Assembly (NCBI GenBank): GCA_034422355.1
Contig: DAOUJS010000006.1
Span: 12,288-76,287 of the forward strand
Length of the DNA stretch: 64,000 nt
Direction: 5' to 3'
From: Dehalococcoidia bacterium
Lineage (GTDB): Bacteria; Chloroflexota; Dehalococcoidia; Lucifugimonadales; UBA3495
This document shows, in pieces, positions 56,680 to 64,000 of the stretch. The stretch's first letter is position 1. The number at the start of each line of letters is the position of its first letter. Made by a program: the position numbers and the translations under genes. The notes beneath the pieces are model-generated. The model ran no database searches and was not told where the DNA came from. It saw nothing but the letters and a program-made list of their open reading frames with translations.

Positions 56680-57203
56680 ACCACCACCGACCTCAGCACC
56701 TCTCCCCGCTCCATCCTGTAGAACGCCTGCTCGTAGGTTCGGGGGTTGCCCACTGACTCGATGGCGACGTTGACGCCGTTGCCTCCGGTCAACTCGCGGA
56801 TGGCCTCCACCGGATCGGTGTTCCTCGAGTTTATGGTGTGGGTCGCGCCGAAGTCACGCGCCCACTCCAGCTTGCGGTCGTCGATGTCCACGGCAATTAT
56901 GGTGTGCACCCCCGCCAGCTTGGAACCGGCAATGGCGGCGTCTCCCACACCACCGCACCCGATGACGGCCACCGAATCGCCGCTGGTCACGCCGCCGGTA
57001 TTGATGGCCGCGCCCAGACCGGCCATGATACCGCAGCCAATTAGTCCGGCGGATGATGGGTTCGCCTTTGGGTCAACCTTCACTGCCTGCCCCGCATCCA
57101 CCAGGGTAAGCTGGGCGAATGCGCCGCTGCCCAAGGCCGGGGACAGGACTGTTCCGTCGGCCAAAGTCATCGGGTTCTTGGCGCTCCTGGCACCCCCGAT
57201 GGT
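56680..57203 (-). pseudogene. internal fragment of a zinc-type (MDR) alcohol dehydrogenase
   Basis: Only the Rossmann portion is present ([45 protein letters not shown]). The N-terminal catalytic domain is missing. The C-terminal end degenerates into low-GC sequence at about 56685. Confidence 0.6.
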
Positions 57204-58658
57204 TTACCTCCGACCCAGACTGCTGGTGCCTTCGTCTACATATACGGAGTTGCCGACGCGGGACAGCCTGATCTGCTGGCGGTATACCCTGTCCCCGGCC
57301 AGGCACTGGGTGCTGTAGAAGTCCGAGGACCAGTCCACGTCTGATGGATCCGGGCCGCCCTCCATCGCCTCTTCCAGGGCGCGGCCTTCCATACCCTCGA
57401 CTGGGGGAAGCCCCAGCAGTCTGAGGATGGTTGGCGTCAGGTCGATATTGCCGGAAGGGGCCTCCACCTTCAACCCGTCTTTGAAGCCGGGGCCGCGGGC
57501 GAACAGGACGTTGTGGAGTTCCGAACGGCCCATCGACCCGTGCTGTCCCTGTCCCGGTGTTCCACCCGAGGAGAAAATAGTGCCGGCGTATCCCGCGTCG
57601 TTGGCTTCGGACCGCCAGCGGAAGGACATGGTTACGTCAGGGGCGCGCTCGCCCTCGTTGCCCACCACTGACGCGGGGAGCGTCCCCTGGACACGGCCCA
57701 CGTTCTCCGCGACGGTTACGTTCCCGCACCAGGGCTGGGCCATCAGCCACCGGGCCAGCCGCACCGCCGTATCCTGGTCCCAGGGGCTGGAGTAGAAGAG
57801 GACCGCGCCGCCGTTGTTGGCTACGACGACCCCTCCCGGCTCTCCGCCGGGAGGGAACCCGGCCTCCCGCACCAATGCCTGAACGTTGACTGCCTGGCCA
57901 ATGGTTGAGTAGCCGTGGTCGGAGACCACCATCACGTTAATCTCACCCGCCCTGCCGGTCTCGTCCAGCCAGCGCAGGATGTTGCCGAACTGGGCGTCCG
58001 CCTCGCCGACGGCAGCGTTGGAAAGGTCCGAGCCGACCCCGGCGTCGTGCTGGGACTTGTCCGGCTCCGAGGACCAGATGAGCGCTACCGACGGGTCTCG
58101 CTCCGGCAGTATGTACTCGGTCAGGATGCGGACGGCGTGGGCCATGCGGGCCGTGTTGGGTCGGGCCTCGTCGGGCCAGGGGCCAAACTGGGCGGTGATG
58201 TCCTCGTGCAGGGCGCGAGGGAGGGTGAACTCCGGGTGGATGGTTGCCCCGCCGCAAACTTGGGCCGTGGGGTTGTGCAGGTAGGCGTTTCCGCTGGTAC
58301 CCACACCGATGGCCATGTATTCCTGGCCGTGTTCGGAAAGCGCTTCGGCCAGGGTCGGGGACAGCAGGACCCTCCCGGTCTTTTGGGCCACCTGCTCCAG
58401 GTAAGGCTCCATTGCAGGGATGGCCTGGCCAGGATCGAAATCGCTCACGAGCAGAGTGTTGGCCGACAGTCCATGGCCGCCGGGGTTGCGCCCCGTGACC
58501 ATGCTGGAGGCGTTGGCGCGGGTTACGGTCGGGTATACGGGATGGTGGTTGGCGAAAGTCACTCCGCCTGCGGCGAAAGCGGCCAGGTTGGGCATCAGCC
58601 CCTCCGTCACCTGCGCTGGCTGAAGTCCGTCGAATACCACGACCAGTACTTTTGTCAT
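57204..58658 (-). CDS. alkaline-phosphatase-superfamily nucleotide pyrophosphatase/phosphodiesterase
   Basis: 484 aa. N-terminal VVVFDGLQP metal-ligand motif and VVSDHGY. Confidence 0.85.
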   Translation of the reverse strand: MTKVLVVVFDGLQPAQVTEGLMPNLAAFAAGGVTFANHHPVYPTVTRANASSMVTGRNPGGHGLSANTLLVSDFDPGQAIPAMEPYLEQVAQKTGRVLLSPTLAEALSEHGQEYMAIGVGTSGNAYLHNPTAQVCGGATIHPEFTLPRALHEDITAQFGPWPDEARPNTARMAHAVRILTEYILPERDPSVALIWSSEPDKSQHDAGVGSDLSNAAVGEADAQFGNILRWLDETGRAGEINVMVVSDHGYSTIGQAVNVQALVREAGFPPGGEPGGVVVANNGGAVLFYSSPWDQDTAVRLARWLMAQPWCGNVTVAENVGRVQGTLPASVVGNEGERAPDVTMSFRWRSEANDAGYAGTIFSSGGTPGQGQHGSMGRSELHNVLFARGPGFKDGLKVEAPSGNIDLTPTILRLLGLPPVEGMEGRALEEAMEGGPDPSDVDWSSDFYSTQCLAGDRVYRQQIRLSRVGNSVYVDEGTSSLGRR

Positions 58659-58741
58659 GCTACCCCCAAACCGGCTAGACCGGACTTGATTCAGAAAACC
58701 CTACCCCGGTTACTCACGATGAGGCGTTCGCTGGAGCAGGT

Positions 58742-60766
58742 TCAGCACTCGCCGCCATCTCCAGCGAAATAGTCATACTTGCGCCCGGCCAGGTCCACCA
58801 CCTCGGCCACGTCTTCCTCCAGCAGGTATCCCTCGGCTACAAGGTCCATCGCGGCCCGGGTCACCTGCTCCAGGTAGTCCTCGCGGCTTGAGTAGCGTTC
58901 CTCGATGGAAGCTCGGGGATCGCCGGTTGACTCGCGCTCGGCTTCGGTAACGGGGAGCGGGAGGGTCCAACCAGCAAGTCCGCCGGTGATTCCGATGAAC
59001 AGGTTGGGGTTGCCGATGCTCTCGTCGCGCAGGTTCCAGCCGGTGTAGGTGGCCACCGGGACCGTCAGGTCCGGCAGGCAGATGCCCCTCCGCTCGTTGA
59101 AGGAGTCGTCAAGGTCGGCTACCAGCGCCGGGAACTCCGCTCCCTCATCGGCGGGCAGCTTGGTGGTCCGTCCCAGGTGCGACTCCGGACCGTAGTCCAG
59201 CCTTATCGCCCTGGTTGTCTGGGCCGGCACGCGAACGCCGGGAAGCTGGCCGAACCGTTCCACCAATGTATGGGACTCCACCGCCGTACCGTCGTTCAGG
59301 CTGGGATGACGGCTGGCGGGAGGCTCTTCTCCAGTAGTGACCCAGCGGTCGAGGTTGTCCAGCGCGGCCCGCAGCAGGGGTGCGTAGTCCACGCTGTTGA
59401 AGGGAAGCTGTCCCTTTATGCCGTCGCTGGCGCGGACTTCCAGCGGGGGGAACTCGCCGGAACCGTGCTGGCACCCGGCGAAGTGGTAGCGGCGGACGTT
59501 GGGCGACTCGGCAGCGTCGGTCAGGGTCTCAAGGTCGGTATGGATCAGGGCGGCGTCTCCCCGCCAGTACTCGGCCGATGTGTTGGTGAACATGATCTTG
59601 GGCACCTTGCCGCGCTGCTCCATTGCGTCGAGCAGAGAACCCTGGGAGCCGGTCACCGGGTCTGTCTGAGGCGTGTCCGTGAAGGGGAACATCTCCGGAA
59701 TGATGTAGCAGACGTCCTTGGAAGGCTGGCCGAAGCGCAGGTTGAACTCGCCGCGCATCCCGCCCGCGACGTGGGGGATGATCCCGTCCAGGGCCACCCG
59801 GTCCTCTTCATCCTCGTTGATGCCCGTGTGGATGTACTGGCGCAGGAAGCGTCCGCTCTGGGAACGTCCCATAGCGTAGGCGTAGTCGATGGCCCCGGCG
59901 CATGGGTTACCCCCGGAGGCGGGAGCGTGCTTGAGGAAGGACACCACGTCCCGCATGGCGGCGAACCCCAGTCCCACGATGCGGCTGCCCGTCGTGGTGT
60001 AGACCAACTGGTAAATCTTCCCCGGCTCAAACCCTGAGGGCATGTAGACGTGGCTGTGCTGCGGCTCCACGTCCTCGTCCTCGACCCGGACGAAGGACCA
60101 CTGGCCCCGGTCAACGGGCGTAGCGGGGCTGTTCGGCAGGTCCCGCACCGTCAGGATGGCCTCGGCCTCATCGGGGTCGGCGGCAGGATTTGGCAGGTGC
60201 TGCCGGTCGGCCAGCAGGAAAACCTGGGTGGGCTCGTTGCACTGGAACTGGCAGAGAATCTTTCCGGTCAGAGGCCCCAAACTCCCCTCTCCATCTGGGC
60301 GGCCGGGGGTTGGGTGGAACGCGATGGCCTCCGGCCCGTGCAGGCCGATAAGCCCGGGAGTGGGCGGAACGTCGGCCTGCCAGCCGCTGAAGACCACGGT
60401 GTAGCCCCGGCGCATCAGGTAGCCGTTGCCCGCTTCCAGGGGCGCGGTGGGGTCGGTGGCCGCGGGAACGCTGTTCATGCTCAGGGCGGTCTTCCGCCCC
60501 CGGTTCACCACGTCGAACAGGATACGGCGGTTGCCCCGGTCGATGTTCACCGGCTGGAGCATGGCGAAGTCCGCCGAGAACTCCACCTTACCGGCAGAGT
60601 TGCGCGGGGCCAGGCCCAGGTCGGTGATGCCCTGGTTCCGAGGGTGCAGCGGGTCCACGGCGTAGTGGGCTGTGCCCTCCAGAAGCTCATACGCTCCCAC
60701 GTCGCCGAAGCTCTCGCCGGACGCGAAGCTGGTGCGTTTGGTGATTTCCAATTCTGTAATAGCCAA
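58742..60766 (-). CDS. large conserved hypothetical protein, possibly alpha/beta-hydrolase-domain containing
   Basis: 674-aa uninterrupted ORF with normal composition. GRSQSG nucleophile-elbow-like motif. The family call is tentative. Confidence 0.6.
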   Translation of the reverse strand: MAITELEITKRTSFASGESFGDVGAYELLEGTAHYAVDPLHPRNQGITDLGLAPRNSAGKVEFSADFAMLQPVNIDRGNRRILFDVVNRGRKTALSMNSVPAATDPTAPLEAGNGYLMRRGYTVVFSGWQADVPPTPGLIGLHGPEAIAFHPTPGRPDGEGSLGPLTGKILCQFQCNEPTQVFLLADRQHLPNPAADPDEAEAILTVRDLPNSPATPVDRGQWSFVRVEDEDVEPQHSHVYMPSGFEPGKIYQLVYTTTGSRIVGLGFAAMRDVVSFLKHAPASGGNPCAGAIDYAYAMGRSQSGRFLRQYIHTGINEDEEDRVALDGIIPHVAGGMRGEFNLRFGQPSKDVCYIIPEMFPFTDTPQTDPVTGSQGSLLDAMEQRGKVPKIMFTNTSAEYWRGDAALIHTDLETLTDAAESPNVRRYHFAGCQHGSGEFPPLEVRASDGIKGQLPFNSVDYAPLLRAALDNLDRWVTTGEEPPASRHPSLNDGTAVESHTLVERFGQLPGVRVPAQTTRAIRLDYGPESHLGRTTKLPADEGAEFPALVADLDDSFNERRGICLPDLTVPVATYTGWNLRDESIGNPNLFIGITGGLAGWTLPLPVTEAERESTGDPRASIEERYSSREDYLEQVTRAAMDLVAEGYLLEEDVAEVVDLAGRKYDYFAGDGGEC

Positions 60767-60985
60767 GATGCCTCCGGTTGGCCAGCGGCCGGTCGCCGGT
60801 GGCCAGAATTCAGTATTCGGGTTCCAGTCTCCGAGGGAATTTTAACACTTGCAGACGGGCCGTGGCGGGGCATTCGTCCATACGGCATGGCAATCGTGTT
60901 TCGACCGGGCGGCTGCGATGTGGGCCGGCGTGCTATCATGGGTGCTCCCCTACCCCAACTCCGGCCTCAGTAAGGGAGGACCGCC

Positions 60986-61711
60986 ATGACTGCCAGGTTG
61001 CCGCCGGGCAGCAGCCCGCCATTTGCCTCCAACATCATCCGTCCTGACCCGGACGCCCCGGACGATCTGGAACCGCTGCCCGACGGTATGTATCAAGAAC
61101 CTCACTTCACAGAGACAGTACAGATTGTTAGGACCATCTTCGCAAGTGAACCTGCGGTCTTGGTCAGCGGTGATACTCCCATCTACTATGACGACGAGGA
61201 AGGTCAGCAGCGTATAGTGCGGCCCGACTGCTACGTCGCCTTTGACGTGGACACCGTAGCCATCATGCGCCGCAACGGGTATTTCATGCGGCTGGTGGGC
61301 AAGCCACCGGGCTTTGCCCTGGAAATTGCCTCCGTAAGCACTTACACCGAGGACCTGGGGCGCAAGCGGTACCTCTACGCCCGGCTGGGCATCGGGGAAT
61401 ACTGGCGGTTCGACCCCACGGGAAGCGACTTCTACGGCGAGCCACTGGTGGGTGAAGTCCTGGTGGACGGGGAATACCGTCTACTGGAGATGCGAAGGGA
61501 CGACGAAGGACGGATCTGGGGAAGCAGTCCGGCGCTGGGGATGGATCTGTGCTGGGACGACGGGCGGCTGCGGTTCTATGACCCGGTCACCGGCGAGTTC
61601 CGCCGCAACATGGTGGAGTTGGAGGCGGCCCTGCAATCGGAGCGGGAGGCGCGGGAGGATGCCCAGGCTAGGATACGGCAACTTGAGGAAGAACTGCGCC
61701 GGAGGCAGTAG
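60986..61711 (+). CDS. Uma2-family (DUF820) putative endonuclease with coiled-coil tail
   Basis: 241 aa, RBS AAGGGAGGA. PDCYVAFDVD...FALEIASVST...KRYLYARLGIGEYWRFDP PD-(D/E)xK-like core. Confidence 0.8.
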   Translation: MTARLPPGSSPPFASNIIRPDPDAPDDLEPLPDGMYQEPHFTETVQIVRTIFASEPAVLVSGDTPIYYDDEEGQQRIVRPDCYVAFDVDTVAIMRRNGYFMRLVGKPPGFALEIASVSTYTEDLGRKRYLYARLGIGEYWRFDPTGSDFYGEPLVGEVLVDGEYRLLEMRRDDEGRIWGSSPALGMDLCWDDGRLRFYDPVTGEFRRNMVELEAALQSEREAREDAQARIRQLEEELRRRQ

Positions 61712-61922
61712 GGCAATCTGTCTGCGCTCCGGTGCTCTTGCCCCTGTCGTGGTTGGCCCATTCCGGTTACATTGCCAAATTTCACGTCTGTACTGGGTGC
61801 CTGAACTCAATCGGCCAGCCACTTGAAGCGATACCGTATCATCGCCGTGTTGCAATGCTATAATCCACCGCAGGCAACCCTGGACTCGTTTGGTAGTCCG
61901 TGGCCGACTGAAAGGAGGGAGG

Positions 61923-63272
61923 ATGATATACGACGCTGAGAAACGGGACATATCCATAGCCGTGGGCGGCGACGCCATGATCACCCGGCGGATGCAGCCC
62001 TTCCGGGAGGAGGCTTTCCACAAGCTGGTCAAGGTGCTGCGCGACGCCGACGTGAGCGTGGTAAACCTGGAGATGCTGTTCCACGACTACGAGAGCAGTT
62101 GGCAGTGGAGCGGGGCAACCTACACCCGCTCCGACCCGGCCAACCTGGACGAGCTGAAGTGGATGGGCATCGACGCGGTGACCACCGCCAACAACCATTC
62201 CTTCGACTTCTCCGAGGGCGGATTCCTGACCACGCTCCAGCACTGCCACGACAAGGGCCTGCCCCAGGCCGGAGGCGGGCATAACATCGACGAGGCCAGG
62301 GCCCCCGCCTATGTGGACTCGGCGATGGGCCGAGTTGCGGTCATGTCGGCCACCAGCACCTTCAGCGACCAGTCACGCGCCGGGCCGGGCCGCCCTGATT
62401 TCCCGGGACGTCCGGGAGTAAACGCCCTGAGACACCAACTGGTCCACCACGTGGAGCGGGACGTCTTCGACGCGCTCAACAAGGCCAACCGGGAGTTGGG
62501 CTACGACGAACACAAGGCAGCCTCCAACGCCTTCGGGTTCGGCGGCATAGAGGAGGCCCTGGACTATAACACGGAGCTGGAGTTCCTGGAAAAGAAGTTC
62601 GTTCTGTCCGAGGAGTTCGGGATCCACACATCGCCCAATAACGACGATCTGTCCGGCATGGCCAAGTGGATACGGGGATCCCAGAAGCTCTCGGACTTCC
62701 AGATTTACGGTGCTCACTGCCACGAGAGCGGCAGCTCCGGGGAGTACCACGGCTCGACCCGGACGTCGCCGCCGGAGTTTCTGGAGGACTTCGCCCGCTG
62801 GACTATCGACCAGGGTTGCGCTCTGTTCGCGGGTCACGGGCCGCACCTGCTGCGGGGCATCGAGATATACAAGAACCGCCCCATCTTCTACAGTCTGGGC
62901 AACTTCATCTTCCAGAATGAAAGCGTCCTGTGGCTGCCCGACGAGTCGTACCGCCGCTTCAATCTGACTCACGAACACACCCCCGGCGACTACCTGGACA
63001 CCCGTTCCGGCGGCGGCGCCCGCGCCTTCGCCGGCGATCCGGTGTTCTGGCAGAGCGTGGTCGCGGTGTGCAACTACCAGGGCGGGGACCTGCGGGAGAT
63101 AGTGCTGCACCCCATAGATATGGGCCACGGCCGCCCCATCCCACAGCGTGGCCGCCCGGTAATGGCCGAGGGCGAAATAGCCCAGCAGACCCTCCACTGG
63201 CTCCAGGAAGTCTCCAAGCCCTACGGCACGGAGATAACCATAGAAGGTGATACGGGGTATATCCGGCTGTAA
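61923..63272 (+). CDS. CapA-family metallophosphoesterase-like protein
   Basis: ATG at 61923 after GGAGGGAGG. GGDAMITRRM, NNHSFDF, GHGPHLLRGIEIYKNRPIFYSLGNFIF. Confidence 0.85.
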   Translation: MIYDAEKRDISIAVGGDAMITRRMQPFREEAFHKLVKVLRDADVSVVNLEMLFHDYESSWQWSGATYTRSDPANLDELKWMGIDAVTTANNHSFDFSEGGFLTTLQHCHDKGLPQAGGGHNIDEARAPAYVDSAMGRVAVMSATSTFSDQSRAGPGRPDFPGRPGVNALRHQLVHHVERDVFDALNKANRELGYDEHKAASNAFGFGGIEEALDYNTELEFLEKKFVLSEEFGIHTSPNNDDLSGMAKWIRGSQKLSDFQIYGAHCHESGSSGEYHGSTRTSPPEFLEDFARWTIDQGCALFAGHGPHLLRGIEIYKNRPIFYSLGNFIFQNESVLWLPDESYRRFNLTHEHTPGDYLDTRSGGGARAFAGDPVFWQSVVAVCNYQGGDLREIVLHPIDMGHGRPIPQRGRPVMAEGEIAQQTLHWLQEVSKPYGTEITIEGDTGYIRL

Positions 63273-63370
63273 TCAGCGAACCTCGTTGCCATTGTAGAAC
63301 ACGCACCGTCCGGCGCAGGGTGACCTGCGCCGGACCTGTTTCCGGGAGCTAACGGAATGATGCTTGACGT

Positions 63371-63379
63371 TGCTATAAT
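63371..63379 (+). promoter_or_regulatory. extended -10 promoter-like element (TGcTATAAT)
   Basis: TGCTATAAT lies 22 nt upstream of the ATG at 63401. Purely a sequence match. Confidence 0.3.
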
Positions 63380-63400
63380 TCGGTGTGAAGGGTGGCTCAG

Positions 63401-64000
63401 ATGATCACCAAAATAGGTCTGCGAAACTTCAAGTGCTTCCGCGACCTGGAAATCAGCCCAAAGCTGGTAACGGTGCTAATCGGGCCGAATGGCACCGGCA
63501 AGTCCGGCGTCTTGCAGGCATTGTTGTTGCTGAAGCAGTCGCGAGATCCCAACCAAGTCCTGGAATTGCAGGGCAGCTCCGTCAGGTCTGCGTCCGAAGA
63601 CTTTATGCTGCATGGTGTTGACCGTGCATCTGATAGAGTGGGGTTTTCGTTATGGGGCACTTGGCCGGTCAGGTCGATGGATAACACAATTCCGGTCAAG
63701 TTTGATGTCCATCTGGACTATTCCCGTGACACAATCCATCGGGGGGAAAAACGAGGGAGCACCCAGTTCGAGTATTCTGATATTCTGTTCGACATCCCCG
63801 CAGGAATGAACCAAACCGTCAAAAATTCTATAGGTATTGAAATGGGAGTCTTGGCGTTAAACGGACTAAACATTGCCAGTATGAGGGTTCTCGATTTCCA
63901 ACCACCGGATGAATCAAGAGATTGGCCAATTCGGCCTTTTGAAGATTTCCTGAACGAAGCATCCGTTGCTCCTGCAAGGGTAATGGAAAACATGAAGATG
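63401..64000 (+). CDS. Walker-A ATPase (AAA_15/AAA_21, ABC/OLD-like N-terminal domain), 3'-truncated by the window edge
   Basis: My own translation from ATG 63401 is open to the window end (200 codons): MITKIGLRNFKCFRDLEISPKLVTVLIGPNGTGKSGVLQALLLLKQS... This ORF is not in the supplied track. The region is low in GC. Confidence 0.7.
   Translation, partial: MITKIGLRNFKCFRDLEISPKLVTVLIGPNGTGKSGVLQALLLLKQSRDPNQVLELQGSSVRSASEDFMLHGVDRASDRVGFSLWGTWPVRSMDNTIPVKFDVHLDYSRDTIHRGEKRGSTQFEYSDILFDIPAGMNQTVKNSIGIEMGVLALNGLNIASMRVLDFQPPDESRDWPIRPFEDFLNEASVAPARVMENMKM

Noticed and set aside
63364-63379. TTGACG (63364-63369) plus TATAAT (63374-63379) read as a canonical -35/-10 promoter.
   Set aside because: The two hexamers are only 4 nt apart, against the ~17 nt required. 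Only the extended -10 reading (TGcTATAAT) is tenable, and that only weakly.
1-64000. tRNA, rRNA, tmRNA, RNase P, SRP RNA and CRISPR arrays.
   Set aside because: I scanned the non-coding gaps by eye, all but one (929-1918, largely the DUF3800-like pseudogene) under 450 nt. I saw no cloverleaf-type GTTCGAATC/T-loop contexts, no conserved ncRNA cores and no repeat-spacer periodicity. A tRNAscan/Infernal run would be needed for certainty.

Overview
High-GC bacterial chromosomal segment. The gene content looks most like an aerobic Chloroflexota-type organism, but that is inference only. I found no rRNA, tRNA or CRISPR array by eye. The backbone is densely packed housekeeping and respiratory genes. 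It includes a complete Alternative Complex III-like operon (actA-B1-B2, two NrfD-type subunits, actD, actE) running straight into System-I cytochrome c maturation genes (ccmH, ccmF, TlpA-type thioredoxin). It also includes an alternative-heme/siroheme cluster (fused AhbA/B-like decarboxylase, SirC-like, hemC), obg-nadD-pyrE, Fe-S helper genes (YgfZ/GcvT-like, IscA/ErpA-like), two paralogous GMC oxidoreductases, a DUF1800/NHL/DUF1501 trio, an MFS exporter, MscS and pcm. Accessory or decayed material sits in visibly lower-GC patches. These are: (i) an intact tnpB nuclease gene 9 nt downstream of a PaREP1/HEPN-like gene with no transposase, flanked by a strong bulged hairpin; (ii) a Phd/YefM-PIN (vapBC-like) pair; (iii) a ~0.9-kb low-GC islet of orphan small ORFs, one apparently frameshifted; (iv) a two-gene type II restriction-modification cassette next to an alcohol dehydrogenase relic; (v) a 5'-partial Walker-A ATPase gene running off the right edge; (vi) a frameshifted DUF3800-like gene and a Uma2 C-terminal relic. 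The most unusual single observations are the HEPN-like/TnpB pairing and a secreted TIMP/NTR-like protein whose predicted mature N-terminus is Cys-x-Cys. All functional calls come from motif recognition by eye; no database search was run.
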